From a bacterium (lineage in GTDB: Bacteria > UBA8248): a stretch of 64,000 nt of DNA. The notes beneath the pieces were generated by a model. It was not told the DNA's origin and made no database searches. It saw nothing but the letters and a program-made list of their open reading frames with translations. Of the stretch, positions 21,483 through 31,628 are shown piece by piece (position 1 is the first letter of the stretch; every line of letters begins with the position of its first letter). The stretch lies in assembly GCA_965213685.1 (NCBI GenBank), contig CBDBZY010000031.1, forward strand, positions 96,001 to 160,000. Reading direction: 5' to 3'. Made by a program: the position numbers and the translations under genes.

Positions 21483-22594
21483 CCACGGAAGCGACCACGG
21501 AAGCGAAAATGGGCGCGGCGCCCGAACTCCCGGCGTCGCCCGCCGATGGCGCAGCCCCATGCTGCGCGCCCGGGCCCCCAAAGCGCGGACGAGCCGCCGT
21601 CCTCCTCTGGTGCCTCGTTCCGGCGGTCGCGCTCCTGGTGCTCGTCCTTTGGGCGGGCGCCGGGATTCCGGCGGGCCGCATCGCCGCCGAACTCCGGCGA
21701 AACGCGCTGTTCATCCTGGGCGGCTTCTGGAGCATCGCGCCCTTTTTCCTCCTGAGCGTGGCGGTCTCGGCCTGGGTCACCACCGCCGGATACGCCGAGA
21801 AGATACGGGGCGTGTTCCACAAACGCCAGGGCGTCGCCATCGCCGGCGCGGCGACGGTGGGCGCCGTGGTGCCGTTTTGCTCCTGCGGCGTCATTCCCCT
21901 CATCGCCGCCATGCTCTCGAGCGGCGTGCCCCTGGGGGCCGTGATGGCGTTCTGGATCAGCTCGCCCCTGATGAGTCCGGAGAAATTCGTGCTGACCGCC
22001 GGCGTTCTGGGGACGGATTACGCGGTCGCGCGCCTCATCGCCGCCGTCCTCCTCGGAGCGGCGGCGGGCTGTGCCGCCTGCCTCATCGGGCGGGGCGGGA
22101 GGCTGGCGGATCAGATCAGACCCGTCATCGCACCCGAAGCGCGCGAGGCGGGGGAGGGAGGCCGGCGGACGCGCCGGGGAGCGTCCTGGGGCGCGTTCAC
22201 CCAACAGGCGAGGAGCGTGGGCTGGTATCTGTGCAAGTGGCTGGCGGTCGCGTTTTTTCTCGAAGCGCTGATCGTCCACTACGTCGACCCCGGCTGGATA
22301 GGCGCGGCGCTCGGCGCGGAGAACCCCTGGTCGATTCCGCTGGCGAGCGCGGTGGGAATCCCGCTCTACACCTCGGGCGTCGCCGCCATCCCCATCACGA
22401 AGGGGCTCCTCGCCGCCGGCATGGGCGCGGGCCCCGCCATGGCCTTCTTGATCGCGGGCCCCGTCACGTGCGTCCCGGCCATGGCCGGCGTGTGGGCGCT
22501 GGTGAAGCGGAAGGTCCTCGCCATCTATCTGGCCACCGGCATCCTGGGTTCGCTCGCCGCGGGGTATGCCTTCCAGGTTTGGACGCAACCATAA
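21479..22594 (+). CDS. ArsP/DUF318-family permease
   Basis: PFCSCGVIP, MAFWISSPLMSP, GIPLYTSG and GPAMAFLIAGPVT motifs; many TM segments; ATGA overlap with marR. Confidence 0.85.
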   Translation: MTTEATTEAKMGAAPELPASPADGAAPCCAPGPPKRGRAAVLLWCLVPAVALLVLVLWAGAGIPAGRIAAELRRNALFILGGFWSIAPFFLLSVAVSAWVTTAGYAEKIRGVFHKRQGVAIAGAATVGAVVPFCSCGVIPLIAAMLSSGVPLGAVMAFWISSPLMSPEKFVLTAGVLGTDYAVARLIAAVLLGAAAGCAACLIGRGGRLADQIRPVIAPEAREAGEGGRRTRRGASWGAFTQQARSVGWYLCKWLAVAFFLEALIVHYVDPGWIGAALGAENPWSIPLASAVGIPLYTSGVAAIPITKGLLAAGMGAGPAMAFLIAGPVTCVPAMAGVWALVKRKVLAIYLATGILGSLAAGYAFQVWTQP

Positions 22595-22755
22595 CGGGCG
22601 GCGCACCCGCGCGCCGTCGCGCGGCCGCCCGCCTCCCCGGCTCGGGCAGGATCGCGCGCCGCTCCCGGGAGGCGCGCTCCCTCGACAAGGGCCCCCCGCC
22701 GCCGTAATCTCCGGAAAAGCCCCGCAAGACACTTTCTCTCTGGAGGCGCAGAAAA

Positions 22756-23613
22756 ATGCCCATATCCCCTTACGCCGCCGAATACTCCGAGCCCAGCCGA
22801 ATGCGCGTGGGCTACGTCATCACCACGCCCGAGGTGCGCTCGCCCCTGATGCCGGGCGTGCGCGGGAATTTTGGCGAGAACCTGGCCGTACTCGCGGATT
22901 TGGGCTACCAGACGCTCGAAGTGGCCATGCGCGACCCCAACGACCCCGACGCCCGGGGGGTGGAGGCGGATGTCGCCCGCTCGGGGCTTTCGGTGGCGAT
23001 GATAGGATCGGCGCCCAGCGAGCTGCAGGACGGGGTGATGCTGTGCCACCCCGACGCGCGCGTCCGGGAGGCGGGCGCGGCGCGGCTGCGCGCCCTGATC
23101 GAGGCGGGCGAGACGCTGGGCGCCATGGGCGTGAACATCGGCCGGTTTCGCGGCACGCGCATCCCCGGCGAGATGTGGGAGACGTCGAACGGCTGGATGC
23201 GCGACGCGCTGCGGGCGGGTGCGGACTACGCCGCCCGGCGGGGCATGAAAATCTACATCGAGCCCTACAACCGCTACGAGACGAACTTCGTCAACACCGT
23301 GCGCCAGGGGATGGAATACGTGCGGAGCGAGAACCACCCGGGCCTCGCCCTGATGATAGACAGCTGCTGGATGAACTCCGAGGACGCCTCGATACCGGGG
23401 GCCATCTTCGCCGCGCGCGAGTGGATAGAATACGCGCACGTGGCCGATTCCACGCGCGGCTATCCCGGCTCCGGGCACATTCACTTCGGCGATTTCATCC
23501 GCGCCCTCCGGGAGATCGGCTACGAGGGGGTGCTCTCGGTGCAAATCGACCAGAAGCCCGCCTTCCGGATAGCGGCCGAGCGCAGCATCCGGCTCCTCGG
23601 CTGCTATCTGTAG
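22756..23613 (+). CDS. Sugar phosphate isomerase/epimerase (xylose-isomerase-like TIM barrel)
   Basis: IEPYNRYETNFVNT and HVADSTRGYPGSGHIHF motifs. Confidence 0.85.
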   Translation: MPISPYAAEYSEPSRMRVGYVITTPEVRSPLMPGVRGNFGENLAVLADLGYQTLEVAMRDPNDPDARGVEADVARSGLSVAMIGSAPSELQDGVMLCHPDARVREAGAARLRALIEAGETLGAMGVNIGRFRGTRIPGEMWETSNGWMRDALRAGADYAARRGMKIYIEPYNRYETNFVNTVRQGMEYVRSENHPGLALMIDSCWMNSEDASIPGAIFAAREWIEYAHVADSTRGYPGSGHIHFGDFIRALREIGYEGVLSVQIDQKPAFRIAAERSIRLLGCYL

Positions 23614-23678
23614 AGGCGCCATCGGAGCGACGACGCGCCACCGGCCACCGGAGGCCTGCGCGCGGGCGGGACGCGCCC

Positions 23679-24161
23679 CTATCCCTCGCACTCCCCGCGC
23701 GCGAGCTTGGTGGCGATGTGGCCCGGAAACGCGGGAAATATCTCGATGGCGCGCTTCCCGTCCGCCTCGCGCACGACGACGGCGTGGGCGTGCCTCCCGG
23801 AGAGGAAAAAACCGGTGAGGCGAAGGCGGCCGAAGGGCCGCCAGGTGAGGACGAACGGATATGTGGCGGACTTCTCCCGATTGAACGGCCGCGTGATGCG
23901 CAGCTCCCCCTCCCCGCCGATGGGGTAGGCCAGCTTCTTGAAGGCGCCCTTCTTCCTCTCCACCAGCCAGACGGCCAGGTCGCGCTTGCGGGCGGGCAGC
24001 GATATTCGCACGTCCTGCCGCACCACGAAGCCGTTGAGGATGGTGTAGGTCACCCGGCAACGCAGCGTCGCCGCCTTGTTCGCCGGCGCCGCTTCCTTCG
24101 TCTCCGCCCGCGCACCACAGCACAGGGCGAGCACCATGAAAACGCAGACGACGCCCTTCAT
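23679..24161 (-). CDS. Hypothetical exported protein
   Basis: Signal-peptide-like MKGVVCVFMVLALCCGARA; GAGG RBS. Confidence 0.5.
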   Translation of the reverse strand: MKGVVCVFMVLALCCGARAETKEAAPANKAATLRCRVTYTILNGFVVRQDVRISLPARKRDLAVWLVERKKGAFKKLAYPIGGEGELRITRPFNREKSATYPFVLTWRPFGRLRLTGFFLSGRHAHAVVVREADGKRAIEIFPAFPGHIATKLARGECEG

Positions 24162-24345
24162 CCGGACACCTCGAAAGATGAGACACCGCACGGGACGGCG
24201 AACGCAGTATGGATGATTCGGGAGGATGATTTCCACCGCGGGCGGCGAGGGGACCGGCCCGGCGAAACGCGGGGGGCCGGCGACGACCGCCGGCGCGGGG
24301 CGAAGCCGGCGCCTCCCCGGAATCCGGCGGGTGCGGCGGAAGAGT

Positions 24346-25023
24346 TCATCCGCTCCTGCCGGGATCCTCGCCGTCGGGTTCAGGGTATTCGCTCGGCCAG
24401 TGGGCCACCATCGTCTCGTAGTAGGTCTTCACCTTCTCCCCGTCGAGGTGGAGGGATTTGCGAATCTTGTCGACCTCGCTTTGCTCCTCCAGCGGAATGC
24501 CGAGAGAGTCCATGTAGCGGTTGAAGAGGTTGAACAGCCCGCTCACCATGGTGAGTTCGACGATTTCCGCCTCCGAGAAGTGCTTCTTCACCTCCTCGAA
24601 CACGTCGTCTCTCGAACGCGCGGTGTTGCGCGTCACGTGTTCGGCCCACAGGATGGCCGCCTTCTCCCGGGGGGTGAAGAGGTCGGAGTCCATATACCCG
24701 TCCGCCCCGATCGCCTCCACCTGCTCCGGGGTGATGCCCGCCGCTTGACCAAGCGACGTGTTGTGCGCGTATCAGTAATCACACCCGTTGAGATGGCTCG
24801 TCTTGATGACCACCATCTCCTTGATCTTCGACTTCAGCACGCTGCCCCCGCCCTCGCGCTGGAGCGTCGCCACGAAGGGCAGCATCGCCTTGGCGACGTG
24901 GGGGCTCTTCGCCAGCACCCGCATCGAATGCGGCACGCGGCCGAGCATGGCGGTGGTCGCCTCGTAGAAGCGGGCGACGTCGGCGTCCGCCTCCTCCGGC
25001 TGAATCATCCCTATCCTGGACAT
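24346..25023 (-). CDS. AhpD/carboxymuconolactone-decarboxylase-family selenoprotein (CxxU)
   Basis: ORFs 24772-25032 and 24346-24720 are one frame joined through a single TGA (24774-24772): KEMVVIKTSHLNG-C-D-Y-U-YAHN; SECIS-like hairpin follows. Confidence 0.85.
24739..24758 (-). promoter_or_regulatory. Putative SECIS hairpin
   Basis: Minus strand CGTCGCTT-GGTC-AAGCGGCG; loop starts 21 nt after TGA; GGUC loop resembles the E. coli fdhF SECIS apex. Confidence 0.7.
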
Positions 25024-25114
25024 ATCGGACATCTCCCCTGGCGCGCATCCCGCTTCGGGACGGGCGCGATTCTCCCGGTCGGCCGGGCGCGGCCGAATCC
25101 TCCTGCAATCCCCT

Positions 25115-25720
25115 TCATTCCGGCCCGCCCGCCGCCTCGTTCGCCAGCCACCGTCTGAACGCGGCGAGCGCCTGGCCCCGGTGGCTGATCCGGTTCTTCA
25201 CCGCGAGCGACAGCTCCGAGACGGCGCAGCGGCGCCCGGGCAGATACATGAGCGGGTCGTAGCCGAAGCCGCCCGCCCCGCGCGGTGCGGACAATATCCT
25301 CCCATGAAGCGCGCCCTCGAAAAAGCCGAACCAGCCGTCCGGCTTCGCGTAGGCCAGCACGCACGCATACCGCGCGCCGCGCCGCGCGTCGGGCAACCCG
25401 CGCATCCTCTCGAGCAGGAGCGCGTTGCGCCCCGCATCGTCCAGGCGCGCGCCGCCGAAGCGCGCGGAGCGCACCCCCAACTCGCCGGGGAGCGCGTCCA
25501 CCTCCACGCCCGAATCATCGGCGAGGGCGGGCAGGCCGCTCGCCCGACACGCGGCGCGCGCCTTGAGGAGCGCATTCTCCGCATAGGTGGCGCCCGTCTC
25601 CTCCACCGCGGCATCCAGGCCCGCCTCGTCCAGCCCCAGGAGTTCGACGTCCATCCCCTCCAGGGCGGCGCGCACCTCGCGCGCCTTTCCGCGGTTTCCG
25701 CTCGCCAGGATGATTCTCAT
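25115..25720 (-). CDS. rdgB: Non-canonical purine NTP pyrophosphatase
   Basis: ASGNRGK, EETGATYAENALLKA, LADDSG, GFGYDP and SHRG motifs. Confidence 0.95.
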   Translation of the reverse strand: MRIILASGNRGKAREVRAALEGMDVELLGLDEAGLDAAVEETGATYAENALLKARAACRASGLPALADDSGVEVDALPGELGVRSARFGGARLDDAGRNALLLERMRGLPDARRGARYACVLAYAKPDGWFGFFEGALHGRILSAPRGAGGFGYDPLMYLPGRRCAVSELSLAVKNRISHRGQALAAFRRWLANEAAGGPE

Positions 25721-26454
25721 TTCGCGCCCGCGTGGGTCGCCTGAACCTCCAGAAGCTCCCCGATTCCCTTCTCCGCCAGGGCGAGGAGGTCGTCGAGCGC
25801 GCTCCTGCGAAAAGGCGCCCGCTCGGCCGTTCCCTGCACCTCCACGAAGCGGCCGCCGCCGGTCATCACGACGTTCATGTCCACTTCGGCCTGCGCATCC
25901 TCGCCGTAGTCGAGGTCGAGGAGGGGCGCGCCCCCGACCACCCCCACGCTCACGGCGGCCACCGGCGCGAGGATGGGGGTATCGGCGATCCGCCCGGCCT
26001 CCCGCATGGCGCGCACCGCGCGCGCCAGGGCCACGTAGCCTCCCGTGATGGCGGCGCAGCGCGTGCCGCCGTCCGCCTGAACGACGTCGCAGTCGATGTG
26101 CACCGTCAGGCCCTCGATTTTCGAGAGATCCACAATCGCCCGCATCGAGCGCCCGATCAGGCGCTGTATCTCCTGGCTGCGGCCGCCGCGCGCGCGCCTT
26201 CTGTCCACGCGGGCGGGCGAACTGCCCGGCAGCATGGCGTATTCCGCCGTCACCCAGCCCCCGCCCGAATCGCGCCGGTGGGGCGGCACTCGCTCCTCCA
26301 CCGAGGCGGTGCACAAAACCCGGGTGCCGCCCACGGCGATCAGGCAGCTGCCGGCGCACGTCTCCACGTAATCCGTCTCGATGCGCACCGGGCGGTTCTC
26401 GTCGGGAAGCCGCCCGTCCACGCGCACCCTCTCGCCCACCTCTCTCCGGGACAT
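25717..26454 (-). CDS. rph: Ribonuclease PH
   Basis: GWVTAEYAMLP, RSQEIQRLIGRS, DCDVVQADGGTRCAAITG and EVQGTAE motifs. Confidence 0.97.
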   Translation of the reverse strand: MSRREVGERVRVDGRLPDENRPVRIETDYVETCAGSCLIAVGGTRVLCTASVEERVPPHRRDSGGGWVTAEYAMLPGSSPARVDRRRARGGRSQEIQRLIGRSMRAIVDLSKIEGLTVHIDCDVVQADGGTRCAAITGGYVALARAVRAMREAGRIADTPILAPVAAVSVGVVGGAPLLDLDYGEDAQAEVDMNVVMTGGGRFVEVQGTAERAPFRRSALDDLLALAEKGIGELLEVQATHAGAK

Positions 26455-26561
26455 GCGCCCTCCCCCTGCCCAAGCATACCGGGAATACGTCGTTGCGGCC
26501 CGACCCGGAGAATACTACGGGGTTTTCCTCCGCGACGCCAGGGATCGGACGCCGGCGGCGG

Positions 26562-29500
26562 CTACGCGGCGGGGGCGGTGTATTTGGTCTCGCGCAGGCC
26601 GACGGCGCGCCGCAGTGCCCGCACCGCGTTCTGGGCCGCCAGATAGATGCAGGGCGCCAGGAAGAGCGTGAAAAAGGTGGAGAGCGAGAGTCCGCTCAGC
26701 ACGACGAGGCCCAGGGGGGTCAGCATCTCGGAGCCTCGCCCCCATCCGCTCGCCAGCGGCAACAGCGCGATGACGGTGGTGAGCGTGGTCATCAGAATCG
26801 GCCGCAGCCTCGTCGACGCTCCCTCGACGATGGCTTCCCGCAAGCCCAGCCCCCGCTCCCGGAGCCGTTCGATGTAGTCGATCATCACGATGGCGTTGTT
26901 CACCACGATCCCCACCAGAAGGATGACCCCGATGAGCACGGTGGAGCCGAACGGCGTGCCGCTCAGATACAGCCCGAGGATCGCGCCGGTGAGCGCGGGC
27001 GGCACGGCGAAGATGATGACGAGCGGGTTCACGAGCGAGTCATACTGGACGGCCAGCACCGTATAGACCAAGAAGATGGCGAGCAGCGCCAGCATGAGGA
27101 GCTCGCGGTTCGACTTCCTCAGGTTCTCCTCGTCGTCGCCCGGCAGGATGAAATAGCCGCGGGGCGTCTGGATGGTACGCAGACGCGCGCGGACGTCGGC
27201 GCTCACGTCCCCGAGGGAGCGTCCCTGGATGTCTCCGGTGATATGAACGATGCGGTTCTGATCCGTCCGCGTGATGACCGCGCTGCCCTGCCCGTAGCGA
27301 ACCCGCGCCACGTGATGGAGGCGCGTGGAGCGGCCGTTGGGGGGGAACAGGGGCAGATTCTCCAGATCCCGCTCGCTCCGGATGTTCGTGTCCGAGAACT
27401 TCACGCGCACCGGCACGCGCGCGTCCGCCCTGTTGATGAACGTGGCTATCGACCCGTCGACCGCCGTGGCCACGGTGTCGCCCACCTCCTCGACGGACAA
27501 CGCCAGCTCCGCCGCGCGCTCCCGGTTCACTTGGATGCGGAATTCGGGCCGGGGCCTGTCCTCGTTCATCTGCACGTTGTGCAGCCCCGCCACGCCCTGG
27601 AGTTTCTCGACGACCTCCTCCGCGATGCGGTGGATCGTGGGCAAATCCTCCCCCCGAACGCCTAGCGAGAAGGTCTTGTTGTGCCGGGTGTTGGAGGTTC
27701 TGAGTCCGCGCACCCGACTCTTGTAGGCGTAAATCCGCGCGTCGGGATAGGCCATGCGCGCGAGCCGGGGGCGCAGCTTTTTCAGGTAGGAGAACACGCT
27801 CACGCCCTCCCGGAGCGTCGCCTCGATTCTCCCCCGCGCGGCCGATGGCGAGAAATTCCGCCCGAAAAGGCGGCCGCCCGCCGTGGCGAACACCTTGTCG
27901 ACGTCGGGGTCGCGCACGAGCATGTCGTGAATCTCGCGCGTCACCCGCTTGGTGTGTTCGAGCGCACCCCCCGGCGAGAAGCGGATGTCCACCGAGACGC
28001 GCCCATCGTCCACCTGGGGCAGGAGCTCGTTGCCCAGCTGGCCCAGGAGCGCATAGCTGCTCGCGCACGCGCCGAAGGAGACGATGATGACGACCCACCT
28101 CAGGCGGAGCGCGGGGCCCAGGAGGCGGCGATACGCTCGGCCGGCCCGCTCCACGAGCCAGCCGAAGAGGCGGAAGAGCGGAAAGCGGCCGAAGCCGCTC
28201 GTCATCGGAATTTGCAAGAGCCGGGCGGAGAGCATGGCCACCACCGTCAGGCCGACGAGGAGGCTGCACACGAACGCCAGGGAGATGGTGAATATCAGCT
28301 CGCGGAACAGCAGCGCCACATAGCCAGACACCAGCAGAAACGGCAGCACGGCGGCCACGTTCGTGAGCGTGGAGGCCACCATGGCGCTCTCCACCTCGCC
28401 CGCGCCCGCCTCCGCCGCGCGCACCGGGTCGCCTCCGCGCGCCTGGTGGCGCGAGATGTTCTCCAGCATGACGACCGCGTTGTCCACCAGCATCCCGACG
28501 CCGAGCGCCACCCCGCCGAGGCTGAATATGTTGAAGGTGAAGCCCATCGCCCACATCAGGAAGAACGTGAAGACCGAGGCGACCGGAATGGCCAGGCCGA
28601 TGATCAGCGTGCGCCGGAGGCTGCCCAGGAACGCGAGCACCACCAGCACCGCGAGGGCGCCCCCCGCCAGGGCGGAGGAGACGACGTTCCGGATCGAGGC
28701 GCGGATGAAGAAGCTCTGGTCGGAAATCGGAACGAGGCGGACGTCGGGCGGCACGATTCCGTAGCGCCTCAGGAAGTCGAGCCTGGCCCGCAGGCCGTCC
28801 ACGACGGAGACCGTGTTCGCGTCGGGCTGCTTGAGGGCGACCACCTTGACGCTCTCATCCCCGTTGAGCCACACGAATATGCGGCGCTCCTTGCCCGCGT
28901 CCTCGACCCGCGCGAAATCGCGCAGATACACCCGGCGGCCGTCCCTGGTGGGGAAAATCAGGCGCGAGAGCTCGCCCGCGCTCTTGAGCTTGCCCGCCGT
29001 CCGGCTCGCGTATTCGCGGTGGGCGGTCTTTATCCGGCCGGCGGCGAGGTCCATGTTCTCCGCGCGCATCCGCCGCAGCACGGCGGGCAGGTCGAGGCCC
29101 AGACCCTGCATCCTCGGCAGGTCGACGAGCACCCGCACCTCCTCGTCCTGGCCGCCGAACGCCTCCACGGAGGCGATGCCGGGGATGGTCATGAGCTGGG
29201 GGATGAGCACCTTCCGCGCCCAGGTCTGCAGCTGGGGCCCCTTCATGGTGCGGGAGGAGAGGGCGTATTCGATGATGGGCACCTGCGCCGGGTCGGACTT
29301 GAAGATGCGGGTGTTCTGGAGCTGATCCTGTATCTCCTGGGGCAGGTTTCTCCTGGCGACGTTGAACTTGGTGATGGCGTCCTGGAGTGCCAGGTCGATG
29401 TCGCGCTTGAAGTCGAAGAACATCCACAGACGCGCGGCGCCCTCGCGGCTGATGGAAAAAATGCGCACCAGCCCCTGCGTGGTCGCGAGCTCGCGCTCCA

Positions 29501-29696
29501 CCACCTTGGTGACCTGCTCCTCCACCACCTGGGGGTCGGCCCCCTCGAAATCGATGCCGATGAAGATGCGCGGATAGATGATGCGGGGGAGAAAATCGAC
29601 CGGCAGGTGCGCGAGCGCGAAAAAGCCCAGCACCAGCGCGCACACCACGCCCATGATCGTGCCCACCGGCCTTCGGATGCAGCTGCGGCTCAGCAC
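26562..29696 (-). CDS. RND efflux transporter permease (AcrB/CzcA superfamily)
   Basis: 1044 aa; GMLVDNAVVMLENI, GIVVNNAIV and RLRPILMTT motifs. Confidence 0.95.
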   Translation of the reverse strand: MLSRSCIRRPVGTIMGVVCALVLGFFALAHLPVDFLPRIIYPRIFIGIDFEGADPQVVEEQVTKVVERELATTQGLVRIFSISREGAARLWMFFDFKRDIDLALQDAITKFNVARRNLPQEIQDQLQNTRIFKSDPAQVPIIEYALSSRTMKGPQLQTWARKVLIPQLMTIPGIASVEAFGGQDEEVRVLVDLPRMQGLGLDLPAVLRRMRAENMDLAAGRIKTAHREYASRTAGKLKSAGELSRLIFPTRDGRRVYLRDFARVEDAGKERRIFVWLNGDESVKVVALKQPDANTVSVVDGLRARLDFLRRYGIVPPDVRLVPISDQSFFIRASIRNVVSSALAGGALAVLVVLAFLGSLRRTLIIGLAIPVASVFTFFLMWAMGFTFNIFSLGGVALGVGMLVDNAVVMLENISRHQARGGDPVRAAEAGAGEVESAMVASTLTNVAAVLPFLLVSGYVALLFRELIFTISLAFVCSLLVGLTVVAMLSARLLQIPMTSGFGRFPLFRLFGWLVERAGRAYRRLLGPALRLRWVVIIVSFGACASSYALLGQLGNELLPQVDDGRVSVDIRFSPGGALEHTKRVTREIHDMLVRDPDVDKVFATAGGRLFGRNFSPSAARGRIEATLREGVSVFSYLKKLRPRLARMAYPDARIYAYKSRVRGLRTSNTRHNKTFSLGVRGEDLPTIHRIAEEVVEKLQGVAGLHNVQMNEDRPRPEFRIQVNRERAAELALSVEEVGDTVATAVDGSIATFINRADARVPVRVKFSDTNIRSERDLENLPLFPPNGRSTRLHHVARVRYGQGSAVITRTDQNRIVHITGDIQGRSLGDVSADVRARLRTIQTPRGYFILPGDDEENLRKSNRELLMLALLAIFLVYTVLAVQYDSLVNPLVIIFAVPPALTGAILGLYLSGTPFGSTVLIGVILLVGIVVNNAIVMIDYIERLRERGLGLREAIVEGASTRLRPILMTTLTTVIALLPLASGWGRGSEMLTPLGLVVLSGLSLSTFFTLFLAPCIYLAAQNAVRALRRAVGLRETKYTAPAA

Positions 29697-29712
29697 GGGG
29701 CTCCTCTCCCCC

Positions 29713-31152
29713 TCAGGGCGCCACGATGCGGATGGGCCGCCCGTCGCGCAGCCGGTTCGTGGCGCTCACCACCACCCGCTCCCCCACCCGCAGCCCCTGG
29801 AGAATCTCGATTCGGCCGTCGATCATCTCGCCCAGGCGCACCTCGCGGCGCACCACCATGAAGCGCGGTGCGCGCCCGGCGCCTCGCGCGTTCGCCTCGG
29901 CCACTCCCGCCCGCGGGCCTCCCCCGGCGCCGCCCCGTCCGCCTCCGCCTCCCCTCTCCTCTCTCCGGATGCTCTCGACGACGAAGACGGAGCCCGCGCG
30001 GGTGCGCAAATCCCCGTCCCACGCCACGGCGTGCAGCGGCAGGTTGATCGCGCTCCTGCCCAGCAGCGGGTCGAACCGCACGCGGGCGAGGAGGCCCGGC
30101 CGCAGCAAGGCGTTCGGGTTCTCGAGGTCCACCTCCACTATCAGCTGCCGCGCGCTCGGGTCCACGTGCGGAAAAATGCGGCTCAGCCTTCCCGAGAAGA
30201 CGCGGCCGCGGTGGGCGTCGAGCTCGACCCGCGCCCCCTGGCCCTTCCGGATGAGCGGCAAGTCCAGCTCGCTCACCCGCACCCGGGCGCGCAGCGTGTC
30301 CGTCTGGGCGATGGTGAACAGGTGGGCGCGGTTCACCGCAAGGTCGCCGGGCTCTATTTTTCTCTCCGTGACGACGCCCGGTATGGGCGAGCGCACGTTG
30401 AAGTATTCCACCTCCACCTCCAGCCGACGCACCTGCTGGAGGCGCTTGCGCACCTCCGCCTCGGCCATCGCTATCTCCTCGGCCCGCGCGCCGATTTTCA
30501 CCAGCTGGAGCCTCTCCTCCGCTACGCGCACCCGGGCGGCGTCCTCGGCGCGCCTCGCCCGGCGCTCGGCCACGTCCGCGCGCGCGCGACTCAACTCGGT
30601 CGTCACCTTGCGCCACTCCTGGGCGCTGATGACGCCCTTTTGATGCAAGGCGTCCAAAGAGCGCGCGTTGGCGTCCGCCTCCTCGCGCCGGGCGATGGCG
30701 GAGGCGAGCTCCGCGTCGCCACGCGCCCGCGTCGCCCGCGCCTGCGCGACGGCCGCGGCCGCGGCGGCTATCTCCTGCGGCCGGCTTCCCGCCCGCAACT
30801 TTTTCAGGTTCGCCCGCGCGGCGGCGAGTTCGCTCTCGGCGAGGGCCAGGTCGATGCGCTTGATGGTGTCGTCCAGCCGCGCGAGGATTTGCCCCTTCCC
30901 CACGCGCGCCCCCTCGCGCACCAGCACTTCGCGCACCTGGCCCTCGGCGCGGGACATGAGCCTCGCCTCGCTGCGGGACAGCAGGGTGCCCGTGGCCGCC
31001 ACGCGCCTGCCGAGGCGGCCCACGGCGACTTTCTCCACCTTCACAGAGACGACGCGGTTTCGCCGCCCCCTGGCGCGGCCCGCCTCGGCGGGTGCGCACG
31101 CGCCCCAGGCGATGAGGAAGGCGAGAAACACAAGAGACGCTTTTGCGGCCAT
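29713..31152 (-). CDS. RND efflux periplasmic adaptor (membrane fusion protein)
   Basis: GQVREVLVREGARVGKGQILARLD, coiled coil, VRSPIPGVV and LRPG motifs. Confidence 0.9.
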   Translation of the reverse strand: MAAKASLVFLAFLIAWGACAPAEAGRARGRRNRVVSVKVEKVAVGRLGRRVAATGTLLSRSEARLMSRAEGQVREVLVREGARVGKGQILARLDDTIKRIDLALAESELAAARANLKKLRAGSRPQEIAAAAAAVAQARATRARGDAELASAIARREEADANARSLDALHQKGVISAQEWRKVTTELSRARADVAERRARRAEDAARVRVAEERLQLVKIGARAEEIAMAEAEVRKRLQQVRRLEVEVEYFNVRSPIPGVVTERKIEPGDLAVNRAHLFTIAQTDTLRARVRVSELDLPLIRKGQGARVELDAHRGRVFSGRLSRIFPHVDPSARQLIVEVDLENPNALLRPGLLARVRFDPLLGRSAINLPLHAVAWDGDLRTRAGSVFVVESIRREERGGGGGRGGAGGGPRAGVAEANARGAGRAPRFMVVRREVRLGEMIDGRIEILQGLRVGERVVVSATNRLRDGRPIRIVAP

Positions 31153-31628
31153 GTTCCCGGCAACTCCCGACGGACTCAGGGACGCCACCCATCCCGCGGA
31201 GAATGGGGCCCCCGCGGAGGATGGGCGACAACGCGAATCAGTCTATCACACGCGCAGGGTATCTCTTTGGACGCGGCCGGGTTCCCGGCCAGTATGGAGA
31301 GAGGAGGATATTCCCGCGCGCGGATAAGGCCGGCGGCGGAGCGCATTCGGTCACCGGGCAAAATCGCCGGGTTCGCTCCCGTCCCGGCCGGGCGGCTCTC
31401 GGCCCGGAAAGACGGCGCGACCTTCGCTCCAGGATTTCGCGGAGGCGGTGAAATCGCGGCCGGTGCGGCTGGTGATTCCCGGGAGCGGGGGGAGGAGGCG
31501 GGCCGGGCGGGCGGCGGCCAACTCCCTCGTCCGGGAGAGCCGGGAAAGGGCGAACACGCCGGGCTCCGTCCGGAACCCGCTCGCCCGCATCGCCCCCGCG
31601 CGCTCCGATGAACGGGCGCGCCCAACGC

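Noticed and set aside
31250-31320. Possible structured ncRNA (nested hairpin around GGCCGGG-TT-CCCGGCC) upstream of the RND operon
   Set aside because: No recognisable SRP, 6S or riboswitch consensus; such pairing is common at this GC content
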